DNA from: Desulfobacteraceae bacterium
GTDB lineage: Bacteria > Desulfobacterota > Desulfobacteria > Desulfobacterales > JAABSP01
Direction of reading: 5' to 3'
Length of the DNA stretch: 64,000 bases
Assembly: GCA_011390135.1 (NCBI GenBank)
Contig: JAABSZ010000002.1
Coordinates: 3,039-67,038, forward strand
The notes below the pieces were generated by a model. It saw only the letters and a list, made by a program, of their open reading frames with translations, had not been told where the DNA came from and did not search any database. Shown here piece after piece: positions 8,008 through 18,473 of this stretch (positions are counted from its first letter, which is position 1; each line of letters starts with the position of its first letter). Made by a program: the position numbers and the translations under genes.

Positions 8008-11000
8008 ATGCTGCTTCAAACCATCAGACAGAGCTTTTTTCTGAAGATGCTTCTGGCTTTCACCCTCTTTACGCTGCTGGTGAGCACTTTTTTCACCCTC
8101 TTCTTCATCCATCACCAGTACAGACTCCTCACCCGGATGCAGATGGAAAACGGAAGGGTGCTTGCTGAAATCATCGCAAGAAATGTAACCCTCGGGGTGA
8201 TGTCCGAAAGCACAGAACTGCTCTCCGATGCGGTCTGGAGCGCATTTGAAAAGGAGGATGTGGTTCAGGTCTTTGTCTATAATCAGGAGGCCCGCCTGCT
8301 GATGGGGTCGAATCGAAATGCCCTTTATCCTGAAGATTCGCCTGCTGCCCCTTCCCGGGAAGAGATCAGAAAGATCATTGCAGACTTTGCCGGTTTTCCC
8401 GTTCCCCATGATCCGGAACAAGATTACCCCTTTCTCCACCAGGGCCGGAGGGATGCAGATGAATTCTGGTGCGGTGTCATCTACGCGCCGCGCTTTCGTA
8501 CCGAGGAGGCGATGGTTCTCGGCATGGATATGAGGCAGGGCCCCACCCAACAGATGGCAGGGGTCATCGGTCTGGTGATGGATCGCCAACCCCTGAAGCA
8601 AAATATCATCGACATTGCCCGTCGGGCCGGCCTGTTCGGGCTGCTATTCTGGCTAATCGGATGTTTCGTGATGTTCTTGTTCGTCCGCCGCTTCACCCGG
8701 CCTTTGAACCGGCTGATCAAAGGGGTGAGGGCCCTGGGACTGGGGCTGGATTCAGAAAAGATCCATCCGGAGACCGATGACGAGATCGGCGCGCTGGCGC
8801 TCTCCTTCAACGACATGGCCACCTCCCTCCGCTCCCGGGAGGAGGCGCTGCAGAAATCAGAGCATAAATATCGCTCTATCTTTGAAAACGCGGCCGATGG
8901 TATCTTTCAGGCGGATATCGATGGAGATCTCATCACTGCGAATCCCGCGATGGCCCGGATTTTTGATCATGAATCTGCGGAAATAATGTGCCAGGGCCGG
9001 GTCAATATCTTCTCCCTTCTCAACATGACGCATGAGCAAAACGCGGAGCTGATGAACCATCCGGGCGCGGATTTCTCCAGGGCCATCGAAATCGGCTGCC
9101 AGAACCGGTCCGGACAGGATCTCTTTCTGCTGGTTCATCTCCACACGATCGAGGAGGGCGGGAACGGGAAAAGGATTTTCGAGGGGCTGATCCGGGATGT
9201 CACGGATCAGAAGCGCTCCGAGCGCCTGAAGATCGCAAAGGAGGCGGCCGAGGCTTCAGCCGATGCCAAGAGCCGTTTTCTGGCCAACATGAGCCATGAG
9301 ATCCGCACCCCCCTCGGCGCGATTTCGGGAATGGTGATGCTGATGGGGCAGACTGAATTGACCCCGAAACAGTCCGATTATATGGAAAAGATCGAATCCT
9401 CCTCCCGACTGCTCATGCGGGTGATCAATGATGTGCTGGATATCTCGAAAATCGAGGCCGGAAAACTGGACATGGAGAAGATCCCCTTCTCCTGGTCCCT
9501 GCTGATGACAAACATCGAAGACATGTTTGCCGAAAAGGCCCGGGAAAAGAAGATCGAGCTTTCCATGGGTTGGGATAGAGAGATTCCCGAAGATCTCAAC
9601 GGGGATGCCGAGAGGATCAAACAGATTCTGATCAATCTCATCGGCAACGGACTGAAGTTCACTCCGGAGAGCGGATTTGTGAAGGTAGATGCCCATATCG
9701 CAGAAGAGACTTCAGAAGAGATCCGGATCGGTTTTGCGATCTCAGATTCCGGTATCGGAATCCCGAAGGAGAAGCTCAAGACCATCTTCGATGCCTTTAC
9801 CCAGGCAGATGATTCCATGACCCGGCGCTACGGCGGCACAGGTCTCGGCCTTTCCATCTGCCGACAGCTTGTGGAACTGATGGATGGCGACATTCAGGTC
9901 AACAGCGAGCCGGGCCGGGGAACCACTTTCTGCTTCTCTCTGCTGCTGGAAAAGGGCTGCCGGAAAATGATGGCCCCGGCCACCAGAGACGATGATCCCT
10001 CTTTTGTCGGGGCCCGGATTCTCATTGCCGAAGATCATGAGATCAATCGGGAGGTTGCGCTCTCCCTGCTGGAGCCCTTGGGAGTGACCACCGATGTCGC
10101 GGTGAATGGCCGAAAGGCATGGAACGCGGTTCAAAGCCGTCACTATGACCTGATTCTGATGGATCTGCAGATGCCGGAGATGGACGGCCTCGAGGTGACC
10201 CGAAGGATCAGAGGGCTTGAAGGAAACGCGGCAAGGATTCCCATTGTTGCGATGACCGCGCACGCCCTGAGCGAAAGCCGGCTGGCCTGCCTCGAGGCCG
10301 GGATGAATGATTTTCTGACCAAACCCCTTGATCCGACGCTTCTGATGGCGACCCTCTCCCGATGGATCGGAGCGCTGAACCGCGCGCCGGCGCAGGAGTT
10401 CCTTCAGACGCCATCGGCAGGGGATGAATCCCAAAGCCCCCTCCCCTTTTCTGAACCCGCGGCCCATTCGGATCTTTCAACAGATCTTTCGACAGAGATT
10501 TCGACAACCTCATCGAATATGGCTGTTATCGATTATGATGAAGGTGCGCTCCGGATGGGGGGAAAGCCGGAGGTCTTTGAGCGGATTCTCTTTCTGTTTC
10601 ACACCCACTATCATCAGGCCGGAGAAAAGATCGGCCAGAGCCTGGTTCATGGCCGAAGCGAGGATGCCCTGCGGCAGATTCATACCATCAAGGGGGCTGC
10701 GGGAAATTGTGCGGCTCACCAGCTTGTGGCGGCCGCAGAGCAGCTCGAGGATACGATCCGGTTTGGCCGGGATCATAACCGCGATCTCGATCGGTTTTCA
10801 GGGGAACTGGACCGGGTGATCACGGAGATCGACCAGCTCCGAAATGATTCAAGAAAAGCCAATGGAGATGGCGAACTCCCGGAAAGGAGATCCCCCCCCT
10901 CCCCCCTTCCGGAAACCTTGTCCCCGGAGATGAAAAAGATTCTCCGTTCAGAGCTTTGCTCACTGGAGGAGCTGTTGCAGAAGAACAATATCCGGGCGAT

Positions 11001-11142
11001 TCCTGAGATGGAGAGCCTTCGGGATCGGATCTGCCTGGCCGCATCTCCGGAAACCGTGAAAGCCCTGGTGTCGAACATTGAAAATCTCGATTTCACCCGA
11101 GCGGGAAAAATTCTGCAGGAGATTATTTCCGGATTGAAATAG
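8008..11142 (+). CDS. Hybrid sensor histidine kinase (TM sensor, HAMP, PAS, HisKA, HATPase, REC, HPt)
   Basis: 1044 aa. H-box FLANMSHEIRTPL. ATPase motifs GNGLKFT, DSGIGI, GGTGLGLSI. REC ILIAEDHEINREV...DLILMDLQMPEMDG. C-terminal HPt IHTIKGAAGN. Confidence 0.9.
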   Translation: MLLQTIRQSFFLKMLLAFTLFTLLVSTFFTLFFIHHQYRLLTRMQMENGRVLAEIIARNVTLGVMSESTELLSDAVWSAFEKEDVVQVFVYNQEARLLMGSNRNALYPEDSPAAPSREEIRKIIADFAGFPVPHDPEQDYPFLHQGRRDADEFWCGVIYAPRFRTEEAMVLGMDMRQGPTQQMAGVIGLVMDRQPLKQNIIDIARRAGLFGLLFWLIGCFVMFLFVRRFTRPLNRLIKGVRALGLGLDSEKIHPETDDEIGALALSFNDMATSLRSREEALQKSEHKYRSIFENAADGIFQADIDGDLITANPAMARIFDHESAEIMCQGRVNIFSLLNMTHEQNAELMNHPGADFSRAIEIGCQNRSGQDLFLLVHLHTIEEGGNGKRIFEGLIRDVTDQKRSERLKIAKEAAEASADAKSRFLANMSHEIRTPLGAISGMVMLMGQTELTPKQSDYMEKIESSSRLLMRVINDVLDISKIEAGKLDMEKIPFSWSLLMTNIEDMFAEKAREKKIELSMGWDREIPEDLNGDAERIKQILINLIGNGLKFTPESGFVKVDAHIAEETSEEIRIGFAISDSGIGIPKEKLKTIFDAFTQADDSMTRRYGGTGLGLSICRQLVELMDGDIQVNSEPGRGTTFCFSLLLEKGCRKMMAPATRDDDPSFVGARILIAEDHEINREVALSLLEPLGVTTDVAVNGRKAWNAVQSRHYDLILMDLQMPEMDGLEVTRRIRGLEGNAARIPIVAMTAHALSESRLACLEAGMNDFLTKPLDPTLLMATLSRWIGALNRAPAQEFLQTPSAGDESQSPLPFSEPAAHSDLSTDLSTEISTTSSNMAVIDYDEGALRMGGKPEVFERILFLFHTHYHQAGEKIGQSLVHGRSEDALRQIHTIKGAAGNCAAHQLVAAAEQLEDTIRFGRDHNRDLDRFSGELDRVITEIDQLRNDSRKANGDGELPERRSPPSPLPETLSPEMKKILRSELCSLEELLQKNNIRAIPEMESLRDRICLAASPETVKALVSNIENLDFTRAGKILQEIISGLK

Positions 11143-11180
11143 CCCTTTTTCTCACTCCAAAAAGAAGCCCTGAATCTGCA

Positions 11181-12371
11181 ATGAAACCTTCGCAACCGTA
11201 TCAGATCCTGATCGTCGATGACAGCCCCCACAATATCCGCGCCCTGGGAGAGATCCTGGATGAGACCTATGATGTCCGATTTGCCAAAAGCGGCCCCGAG
11301 GCCCTGGAGATCACATTCTCTGAGGAAGAGGCGATCGATCTCATTCTGCTGGATGTAATCATGCCGGAAATGGATGGGTATGAGGTCTGCCGCAGGCTCA
11401 AAGAGAATCGAAAGACCGCGGATATCCCCATCATCTTCATCACCATCAAAAGCCGCCCCTCGGACGAGGCTCTCGGCTTCTCCCTCGGCGCGGTCGATTA
11501 CCTCAACAAGCCCTTTTCCGTGGAGATCGTCCGGGCCCGGATCCGGACCCATCTCGAACTGAAGGCCCATCGGGACCGGCTTCAGGAGATGGTTCAGGAG
11601 AGGACCCTGGAGCTGGAGGAGATGAACAAACGGCTCCAGACCGAGATCATCAAGGTGAAGGCCATGCAGGAGGATCTGATCCGCTCCAAGACCCAGGCCG
11701 CGACCGGAAGGCTGGCCGCGACCATCGCGCATGAGATCAACAGCCCCCTGCAGGGAATCGCCGCGCTGCTGGTTCCTCTGATGGACGGGTGCGAGGGGCA
11801 GGAGGATCTGCTGGAGATCGCAAATCTCATCGAAGAGGCTTTCCACCGGATTCGAGAGACGGTTCAGCGGCTCTACCATCTCAATCTGCCGGCCTCCCGC
11901 CAGGAGGAGTCGGTCGATGTCAACAGCGTGATCCGGAAGACGGCCGCGCTGTTAAATGGGATGGCCAGGGAACGGAACGTGGCCGTCGATCTCGATCTGA
12001 CGCCGGATCTCCCCCGGATCAGGGCTTCCCAGGGGGAATTGGGGCAGGTCTTCATGAATCTCATCGACAATGCCCTTTCCGCGGTGCAGCACGGAAAACA
12101 GCAGGATCGAAAGGTCTCCATTCAGACCCGGCTGGTTGGGGGAGCGCTTCAGGTGCAGGTATCGGACACCGGAACCGGAATCCCGGAGGAGGATCTGCCC
12201 CACATCTTCGAGCCCTTCTACACCCGAAGAAAGGCCGGGGGGCTGGGGGTGGGGCTTTCGGTCTGTCGGGAGATCATTCGACAATGCAGCGGCGAAATCC
12301 GGGCCCAAAACGCGCCCCAAGGCCGGGGCGCGGTCTTTGCCATCACTCTTCCCGCAGCCCCGGACCGATAA
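11181..12371 (+). CDS. Response-regulator receiver fused to a histidine kinase (REC-HisKA-HATPase)
   Basis: 396 aa. ILIVDDSPHN...LDVIMPEMDG...KPF, then ATIAHEINSPL, NLIDNA, DTGTGI, GGLGVGLS. Confidence 0.85.
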   Translation: MKPSQPYQILIVDDSPHNIRALGEILDETYDVRFAKSGPEALEITFSEEEAIDLILLDVIMPEMDGYEVCRRLKENRKTADIPIIFITIKSRPSDEALGFSLGAVDYLNKPFSVEIVRARIRTHLELKAHRDRLQEMVQERTLELEEMNKRLQTEIIKVKAMQEDLIRSKTQAATGRLAATIAHEINSPLQGIAALLVPLMDGCEGQEDLLEIANLIEEAFHRIRETVQRLYHLNLPASRQEESVDVNSVIRKTAALLNGMARERNVAVDLDLTPDLPRIRASQGELGQVFMNLIDNALSAVQHGKQQDRKVSIQTRLVGGALQVQVSDTGTGIPEEDLPHIFEPFYTRRKAGGLGVGLSVCREIIRQCSGEIRAQNAPQGRGAVFAITLPAAPDR

Positions 12372-12429
12372 GTATTCTGGTTAGGCGATTTTCCGGAATC
12401 AAAATCCCACTGAAAAGGAACAAAGAAAT

Positions 12430-12459
12430 GGACAGAGTGGACAGAGTGGACAGAGTGGA
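12430..12459. repeat. Short tandem repeat, GGACAGAGT x3.3, in a convergent intergenic region
   Basis: Read directly from the sequence: ggacagagt ggacagagt ggacagagt gga. Confidence 0.6.
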
Positions 12460-12582
12460 GGCTGAAACCCCAAGACCTTTGCCGGGATCTTCATTTCCAA
12501 AATTCACCTTAAAGGGTCCGGGAGTGCGCCAATTATATTTTATGCACTCCAGAGCACGGTTACGAATCTACTGCCGAGGTAC

Positions 12583-15500
12583 TTACTTCCCTTTTTCGGC
12601 TTGTCCCCCTCCCCTTTTCCCTTTGAAGATCCGGTCCTGAATCCGGCCCCGAATTTGGCCCATATCTTCCCGTAGTTCCGCCAGCAGCCCCCGGAGATCC
12701 TCGATGATGATGTAGAAGGCCGGCACCATCAGCAGGATGATGAAGGTGGCGAAAAGCACCCCGAAGCCGAGGCTGATGGCCATGGGGATCAGGAACCGGG
12801 CCTGGAGCGAGGTCTCGAAGATCATCGGCATCAGCCCGAAGAACGTGGTCAGGGAGGTGAGCAGGATCGGCCGGAACCGACGAATCCCGGCCGCGGCCAC
12901 GGCCTCCTTCACCGCCATTCCCCGATTCCGCATTCCGTTGGCCGCATGCACCAGCACCAGGGAATCGTTCACCACCACCCCGGACAGCGCCAGAAGCCCC
13001 ATCATGCTGATCAGGCTGAGGCTGTAGCCCATGATCATATGGCCGGCCACCGCACCGATGAATCCGAATGGGATGGCCGACAGTACCATCACCGGCTGGA
13101 TATAGCTGTTGAAGGGGATCGCGATGAGGACATACATCACCATCAGCGCGATGGCAAAGCCCTTGAAGAGGCTCCTCATCGAGTCCCGCCCCTCCCGCTC
13201 GGCCCCCTCGAGAGAGTAGTGGAGCCCCGGATACCGGTCCATCAGGGCCGGCAGTTCCCCGGCCGTCAGGGAGGCGATCACCTTTCCCCCGCCGGTCACT
13301 TTTTCTTCGATGTCGGCTGTGACATGGATGGTGCGCCGTCCATCGGTTCGGGTGATGCTGGTGTAGGAGCTGCCCCGCCGGACCTCGGCCGCGGCAGAGA
13401 GCGGGATCTCTCCGCCTTGGGGGGTGCGGATGATCAACTGCTCCACATCCTGTTCCGATGTTCGCTCGGCTTGGGGCAGCCGCACCATCACCTGGACCGT
13501 ATCCCGGCCCCGCTGCTGCCGGAGCGCCTCTGCTCCCCAGAAGGTGTAGCGGATCTGTCGCCCCAGCTCCAGGGGCGTCAGGCCCAGGCTTTCGGCCTCG
13601 GGCCGGATGGAGAGATCGAACTGGGGCTTTCCCGCGGCAAACCCGTCATCTATGTCCACCACCCCTTCGTAGGTCTGCAGGGCTGCGGCCAGGTCTTTGG
13701 CGGCCCGTTCCAGCACCTCCATATCTCGATGGCTCAACTGGACATCCACGGGGCTTCCGCCCCGGGGGCCGCCGGCCGTGGCATCGAAGATCAGCGATTC
13801 CATCTCCGGAAGCCGGCCGGCCCTTTCCCGCCACTCCCGGGCAAAGCCGGTTCCGCTGATATCCCGCTGATTCATGGGAACCAGAGAGACCATGACCGTG
13901 AGGCGGTATCCGTTGGTGATCCGGGTGTAGATCCCCTTTCCGATGGAAGGGCCGGTTGCAGGAGAATGATCTTCGATGGCTGAAAGGGCTGCGGCCTCCA
14001 GACGCCTGGCGGCCGACAAGGTCTCTTCCACGGGCGCGCCGTAGGGGAGTTCTCCGTTGGCCACGATCCAGTCCGATTCGATCTTGGGAAACATGGTGAT
14101 GCTCACCCGTCCCCCCTGGACAAAGCCGACCGCAACGATCAGCAGGGCCACCGCGATGGCACAGGTGATCCAGCGGTTCCGCACCACCCAGCCGATGGCC
14201 GGGCCGAAGATATCTTGTGCCGTATATTCGACGATCCCGGCAAACTTTCGCTGAAACCGGGCGATCGCGCCGATGATGCCGGTCTTTTTCGGCGGCCCCA
14301 GATGGCCCAGGTGGGCCGGCAGGATGTAAAGGGATTCGTAGAGGGAGATGAAGAGAACGATGATGACCACCGAGGGGAGAATCCGGAAGATTTTCCCCAT
14401 GATCCCCTCGACGAAAAAGAGAGGGGCAAAGGCGGTTGCGGTGGTGAGGATCGAGAAGATCACGGGTACGGCCACTTCCGATGCGCCGTCGATCGAGGCA
14501 TGGAGATAGCTGTTTCCGCCCCGGCTGCCGGTTTTCCCGTTGATCCCCTCCAGTGCCCTGCGGTGAACATAGACATTCTCTCCCACCACGATGGCATCAT
14601 CGACCACCATGCCCAAGGTGATGATGAATGCGAAAAGTGAGATCATATTGATGGAGACATCGGCCGCAGGCAGGAAGAGAAAGGAGCCGAGAAAGGAGAT
14701 CGGGATCCCCATCGTTACCCAGAAGGCCAGCCGCGGCTCGAGAAAGAGGCCCAGCACCCCCAGCACCAGAAAGAGGCCGATGCGGGCATTTTTCAGCAGC
14801 AGGTCGATCCGATCGTGGAATATCTCGGAACGGTCCCGGCGAATCGCGATCCCGACCCCCGGCGGCAGAGATTTTTCCAGTTCGACTGCATAGGCTTTGA
14901 CGGCCCCGGCCACCCCGAGCGGGGTCTCATCGCCGATCCGGAAGACATTGACTCCTACTGCCGGCTTTCCATTGAAAAAGCTTAAAGTATCGACATCTTC
15001 AAAAGATTCCCGCACGGTCGCGATCTCGCCTAAGCTGACCCTGGCCCCTGTCCGGGTGCTGATGATCGGGATATCGGCAAACTCCCGGGCCCAGTCTCTC
15101 CGTTCTGAGGTTCTCAGCAGGATCTCCCCGGCCTCGGTGCGGATTCGGCCGGCCGGCAGCTCCACAGCGGTTCTCCGGATCTGTTCCGCAATCCCGCCCA
15201 GAGTCAGGCCGTATCCCCGGAGCGCGGACTGGGGAACCTCCACAGCGATCTCCGGGGGTCGGATGCCTTCCAGCTCCACCTGGGTAATCGCCTCGCTCCG
15301 GAGGAGATCCTCCCGCACCGTCTCCCCCAGCTCCCGGAGGGTCCGTTCGCCTATGTCGCCGTAGATCACCAGGCTCAGCACCTCCCGCCGGGTCGAGGGA
15401 ACCCGGACCATCGGGTCCTCGGCATCCTCGGGAAAGGAGGCGATCCGGTCCACCGCATTCTTGATGTCGGCCAGCAGCTTGTTCTTGTCGACGCCGTAGA

Positions 15501-15798
15501 AGAGTTCCACATTGATGTTTCCGACGCCTTCGGATGCTGTGGCCACCACCTGCTTGACGCCGTCGATCCCCTGCACCGCCTCTTCCACTGCGGTCAGAAT
15601 TCCCTTCTCCACCTCCTCCGGGGATGCGCCGGGATAGGGAATCGAGATGATGATCAGGTCGGTTTCGAATTCGGGAAAGATCTCCTGGCGGGTCTGGGTG
15701 AGCAGGATCACCGCGCCCCCCACGATAAAGACGAGCATCATCAGGTTGGCCGCAACCGGATTGCTGGCCATCCAGACAACAGAGGAGAACCGCTTCAT
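12583..15798 (-). CDS. RND efflux transporter permease (AcrB/HAE1-like)
   Basis: 1071 aa. A 12-TM-type layout with two large periplasmic loops. Family-typical N-terminus (RFSSVVWMASNPVAANLMMLVFIVGG) and motifs such as SLFAFIITLGMVVDDAIVVGEN. Confidence 0.9.
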   Translation of the reverse strand: MKRFSSVVWMASNPVAANLMMLVFIVGGAVILLTQTRQEIFPEFETDLIIISIPYPGASPEEVEKGILTAVEEAVQGIDGVKQVVATASEGVGNINVELFYGVDKNKLLADIKNAVDRIASFPEDAEDPMVRVPSTRREVLSLVIYGDIGERTLRELGETVREDLLRSEAITQVELEGIRPPEIAVEVPQSALRGYGLTLGGIAEQIRRTAVELPAGRIRTEAGEILLRTSERRDWAREFADIPIISTRTGARVSLGEIATVRESFEDVDTLSFFNGKPAVGVNVFRIGDETPLGVAGAVKAYAVELEKSLPPGVGIAIRRDRSEIFHDRIDLLLKNARIGLFLVLGVLGLFLEPRLAFWVTMGIPISFLGSFLFLPAADVSINMISLFAFIITLGMVVDDAIVVGENVYVHRRALEGINGKTGSRGGNSYLHASIDGASEVAVPVIFSILTTATAFAPLFFVEGIMGKIFRILPSVVIIVLFISLYESLYILPAHLGHLGPPKKTGIIGAIARFQRKFAGIVEYTAQDIFGPAIGWVVRNRWITCAIAVALLIVAVGFVQGGRVSITMFPKIESDWIVANGELPYGAPVEETLSAARRLEAAALSAIEDHSPATGPSIGKGIYTRITNGYRLTVMVSLVPMNQRDISGTGFAREWRERAGRLPEMESLIFDATAGGPRGGSPVDVQLSHRDMEVLERAAKDLAAALQTYEGVVDIDDGFAAGKPQFDLSIRPEAESLGLTPLELGRQIRYTFWGAEALRQQRGRDTVQVMVRLPQAERTSEQDVEQLIIRTPQGGEIPLSAAAEVRRGSSYTSITRTDGRRTIHVTADIEEKVTGGGKVIASLTAGELPALMDRYPGLHYSLEGAEREGRDSMRSLFKGFAIALMVMYVLIAIPFNSYIQPVMVLSAIPFGFIGAVAGHMIMGYSLSLISMMGLLALSGVVVNDSLVLVHAANGMRNRGMAVKEAVAAAGIRRFRPILLTSLTTFFGLMPMIFETSLQARFLIPMAISLGFGVLFATFIILLMVPAFYIIIEDLRGLLAELREDMGQIRGRIQDRIFKGKRGGGQAEKGK

Positions 15799-15804
15799 TA
15801 GAGC

Positions 15805-17073
15805 TTATCCTTTTTCGGGATCGAGTTGGATTTCTTCGGTACGGGGAAGATCGGTATCGGGGCGGGTTCCCGCGGGAATCAGCGCCATGCCGGGAACAGG
15901 TGCTGAGATCCGGCTGGTGATGATCCTGCTCCCGGGGGAAAGCCCCCGGACCAGCAGATCGTCCTTCAGGCGCCAGACTATCTCCACTTGGGCCATGGCC
16001 AGTCTGTCATCCTCATCCAGCAGCCAGACCATGTCTCCCTCCCGGAGAGTCTGGCGGGAGATGGAGAAGACATCTTCCAATACCGGCCCTTCCACTGCCA
16101 CACGGACGTATGCCCCCAACAGGAGCGGAATCTCCTCCCTCCGGCTTTCCCGGCTTTCCTGGTTTTGATCGGCTTGATCGGTTTCAGGGGATTCCAGCCC
16201 TAATGGATCGGGAATGGCGACGAGCAGACGGGCCATCCGGCCTGCCGGGTCCAGTTCTCCCAGAAGTCGGACAACATATCCCTTTCGAACCGCAGCCGGG
16301 TCGCGGCCCCCTGTCTCCTGAAAGATCCGCGTCTCAGCCCCCTGTTTTGTATTTGAGATCGGAAGCCGAATGTAGGGGAGGCGGTCAACCGGAACCGAAA
16401 TCTGAACCCAGAACTGATTTGTTCCGGCCAGGGAGACCAGCGGTGAGGCGGGCGTAACCTGCTGGCCCAGATCGACCATTTTCTCTTTCACAAATGCGTT
16501 GAAAGGGGCTTTGATCACGGTCCGCTCCAGGTCCAGCCTGGCCTTTTTCAGTGCGCCCAATGTACCTTCCAGCGCGGCACGCGCGCTCCGGATCTGCGGT
16601 TTCCGCAGGGCAAGGGCCTTCCCCTGTGGCGTGGTGGGGATCTCCCCGGCCAGAAGCTCCCACTCCTGGGCTGCGATCGCGGCCCGTCCCTCTTCGGACC
16701 GCAGCTCCATCCGGGCTCTGGCCACATCGGCCTTACGCTGCTCCAGGGCATACTGATAATCCTTGTCGTCGATGGTCAGTATCACTTTTCCCTCCTGGAA
16801 CCGGCCTCCGGGAACCAGATCCGGATCCACCGAAACCACCTTGCCGGAAACCCGCGGTTGGAGTGTCACCTCCCGTGCCGGAATCACGGTTCCCATGGCA
16901 TCGATATAGACCTGAATATCTTCGGGGAGGGCATTTACCGTATCCACCAGCGCAGGGCCCACCGAAACCGGCTGACGCCGCGCAGTTGGTTTGGTAGCGG
17001 TCAGCCATCTGGCCGCCATAAGCCCGGCCCCGAGGATCAGCAGAACGATGACCAGCTTGTAAAAGGCTCTCAT
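15805..17073 (-). CDS. RND efflux periplasmic adaptor (membrane fusion protein)
   Basis: 422 aa. N-terminal anchor, coiled-coil hairpin region and a beta-barrel region (VIKAPFNAFV..). It lies 6 nt upstream of the RND permease, and its start overlaps the stop of the upstream OMF gene by 4 nt. Confidence 0.85.
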   Translation of the reverse strand: MRAFYKLVIVLLILGAGLMAARWLTATKPTARRQPVSVGPALVDTVNALPEDIQVYIDAMGTVIPAREVTLQPRVSGKVVSVDPDLVPGGRFQEGKVILTIDDKDYQYALEQRKADVARARMELRSEEGRAAIAAQEWELLAGEIPTTPQGKALALRKPQIRSARAALEGTLGALKKARLDLERTVIKAPFNAFVKEKMVDLGQQVTPASPLVSLAGTNQFWVQISVPVDRLPYIRLPISNTKQGAETRIFQETGGRDPAAVRKGYVVRLLGELDPAGRMARLLVAIPDPLGLESPETDQADQNQESRESRREEIPLLLGAYVRVAVEGPVLEDVFSISRQTLREGDMVWLLDEDDRLAMAQVEIVWRLKDDLLVRGLSPGSRIITSRISAPVPGMALIPAGTRPDTDLPRTEEIQLDPEKG

Positions 17074-18473
17074 ATCCAGTATCCTCCCAATGTCCGACAG
17101 AGGGTGATTCGATTTGAAAGAAGCTCCAGCCGTGCATCTATCTGTTCAAGCTCCAGGCTCTGGAGGGTTCGCAGGGCCGTGAGTACCGGCAGATAGTCCG
17201 AAAGCCCGTTGATATACCGGGAGCGGGTCTCCCGCAGACTCTTTTGGGCCAGATCGATCCGGGCCTCCAGGGTTTCCTTATACTCCCGCAGCCCCTCGGC
17301 CTGCGCCAGGGCATCCTCAACCTCCCCATAGGCGGTCAATGCGGTGCGTCCGTATTCGATCAGCCGTTCCTGGGCCAGGGAGCGGGCCCGGACAACCGCA
17401 GCGGCCTCGGCCCCGCCGTCAAAGATCGTTCCTGAGAGGGAGGATACCATATCCCATATCCAGCTTTCAAAGAGTTGGGCCATCTCCGATGCCCGGAACC
17501 CGGTGGAGAGGCTGAGGCGGAGTGCGGGAAAGCGATCGGCCAGTGCGGCCGCGGCTCTGCTGTCGGCTGCAGCTACCCGAAGACGGGCAGCTTCAATATC
17601 CGGGCGCATCCGGAGAAGTGTGGTGGAAATAGTGACGACGCGCGCCTGGGGCGGCTCGATCGGTTCCTCTTGGATCGGAACCGGGGACTGGGGAGACCGG
17701 CCCATGAGAATGTTGAGTCGATGGGTGAGGGTTGCGATTCGGGAGCGGGTGAGGGGTATCCGGGAGCGGGTTCCGGAGAGCTGGACCCGCTGCTGATAGA
17801 TATCCGCGGCCGCGGCCAGCCCCTGGCCAAAGCGGAGCTTTGTCAGTTTCAGGTAGGTCTCGTTGGTACGGACCTGCTCCTGGAGCAGCGCGAGTCGGGC
17901 ACGTTCGGTCTCCAGGGAGTACCAGGTCTCGGCCACTTCGGCTGTGATGGTGACCCGCATGGCCGCGGCATCGCTCTCTGCGGCAAGGGCGTCGAGTGCA
18001 GCCCCCTCACGCAGCGCGGCCAGCCGGCCCCAGAGATCCACCTCATATGCGGCCCCGATGCCGAGGGTAAAGCGGTTTCCATAGATCCCTTCGCTGCTGT
18101 CGGCAGGGGAGGGGGATCGGCTTCGGCCTGCGGTCCCCTCGGCCGTAAGATTCGGATAGAGTGTCGCTCCGGTCTCCGCGGCTGAGGCCGCCGCGGTCCG
18201 AAATCGTGCCCAGGCCCCCTGGAGCCGGAGATTGTCCATGATCGCGGTCTCGATCAGGATGTTGAGCAGGGGGTCGGAAAACCCCTCCCACCATCGGGGA
18301 TTCCCTTTGGCGGGAGTGAGGTTCTCCGACCCGGAGATTTCCGGGGAAAAGAGAAGGGGAGGGGGGGGCGAATGTCCGCATCCCAATATCATGAGAAGGG
18401 CGACAAGGAGCAGCGCTCGAGCGGCCCTACTGCCGGAATCGCCGAAGAGGAATCGTTCAGCCGATCGGTTCAT
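17070..18473 (-). CDS. Outer-membrane efflux protein (TolC/NodT family lipoprotein)
   Basis: 467 aa. Lipobox LLMILGCG. Duplicated OEP-type helical repeats (LYPNLTAEG..., LRLSLSTGF...). Confidence 0.85.
   Translation of the reverse strand: MNRSAERFLFGDSGSRAARALLLVALLMILGCGHSPPPPLLFSPEISGSENLTPAKGNPRWWEGFSDPLLNILIETAIMDNLRLQGAWARFRTAAASAAETGATLYPNLTAEGTAGRSRSPSPADSSEGIYGNRFTLGIGAAYEVDLWGRLAALREGAALDALAAESDAAAMRVTITAEVAETWYSLETERARLALLQEQVRTNETYLKLTKLRFGQGLAAAADIYQQRVQLSGTRSRIPLTRSRIATLTHRLNILMGRSPQSPVPIQEEPIEPPQARVVTISTTLLRMRPDIEAARLRVAAADSRAAAALADRFPALRLSLSTGFRASEMAQLFESWIWDMVSSLSGTIFDGGAEAAAVVRARSLAQERLIEYGRTALTAYGEVEDALAQAEGLREYKETLEARIDLAQKSLRETRSRYINGLSDYLPVLTALRTLQSLELEQIDARLELLSNRITLCRTLGGYWI

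Noticed and set aside
12372-12582. Small ORF beginning MDRVDRVDRVE... and a GGAGTGC/GCACTCC hairpin (12521..12550) in the convergent spacer
   Set aside because: The ORF is produced by the 9-nt tandem repeat, has a weak RBS and runs into the RND gene's 3' end. The hairpin has a 16-nt loop and no U-run, so I am not calling it a terminator.
12946-13983. Long antisense or alternative-frame ORFs over real genes. Examples: 12946..13983, 10773..11879, 20238..21404, 23124..24503, 28206..29333, 32371..33684, 38906..40000, 60480..61637, 31239..32039.
   Set aside because: Each lies opposite, or out of frame with, a gene carrying strong family motifs (RND, HK, mnmE, yidC, rSAM, cheA, cheB, lpd/E2). Their translations are Arg/Gly/Pro/His-rich and motif-free.
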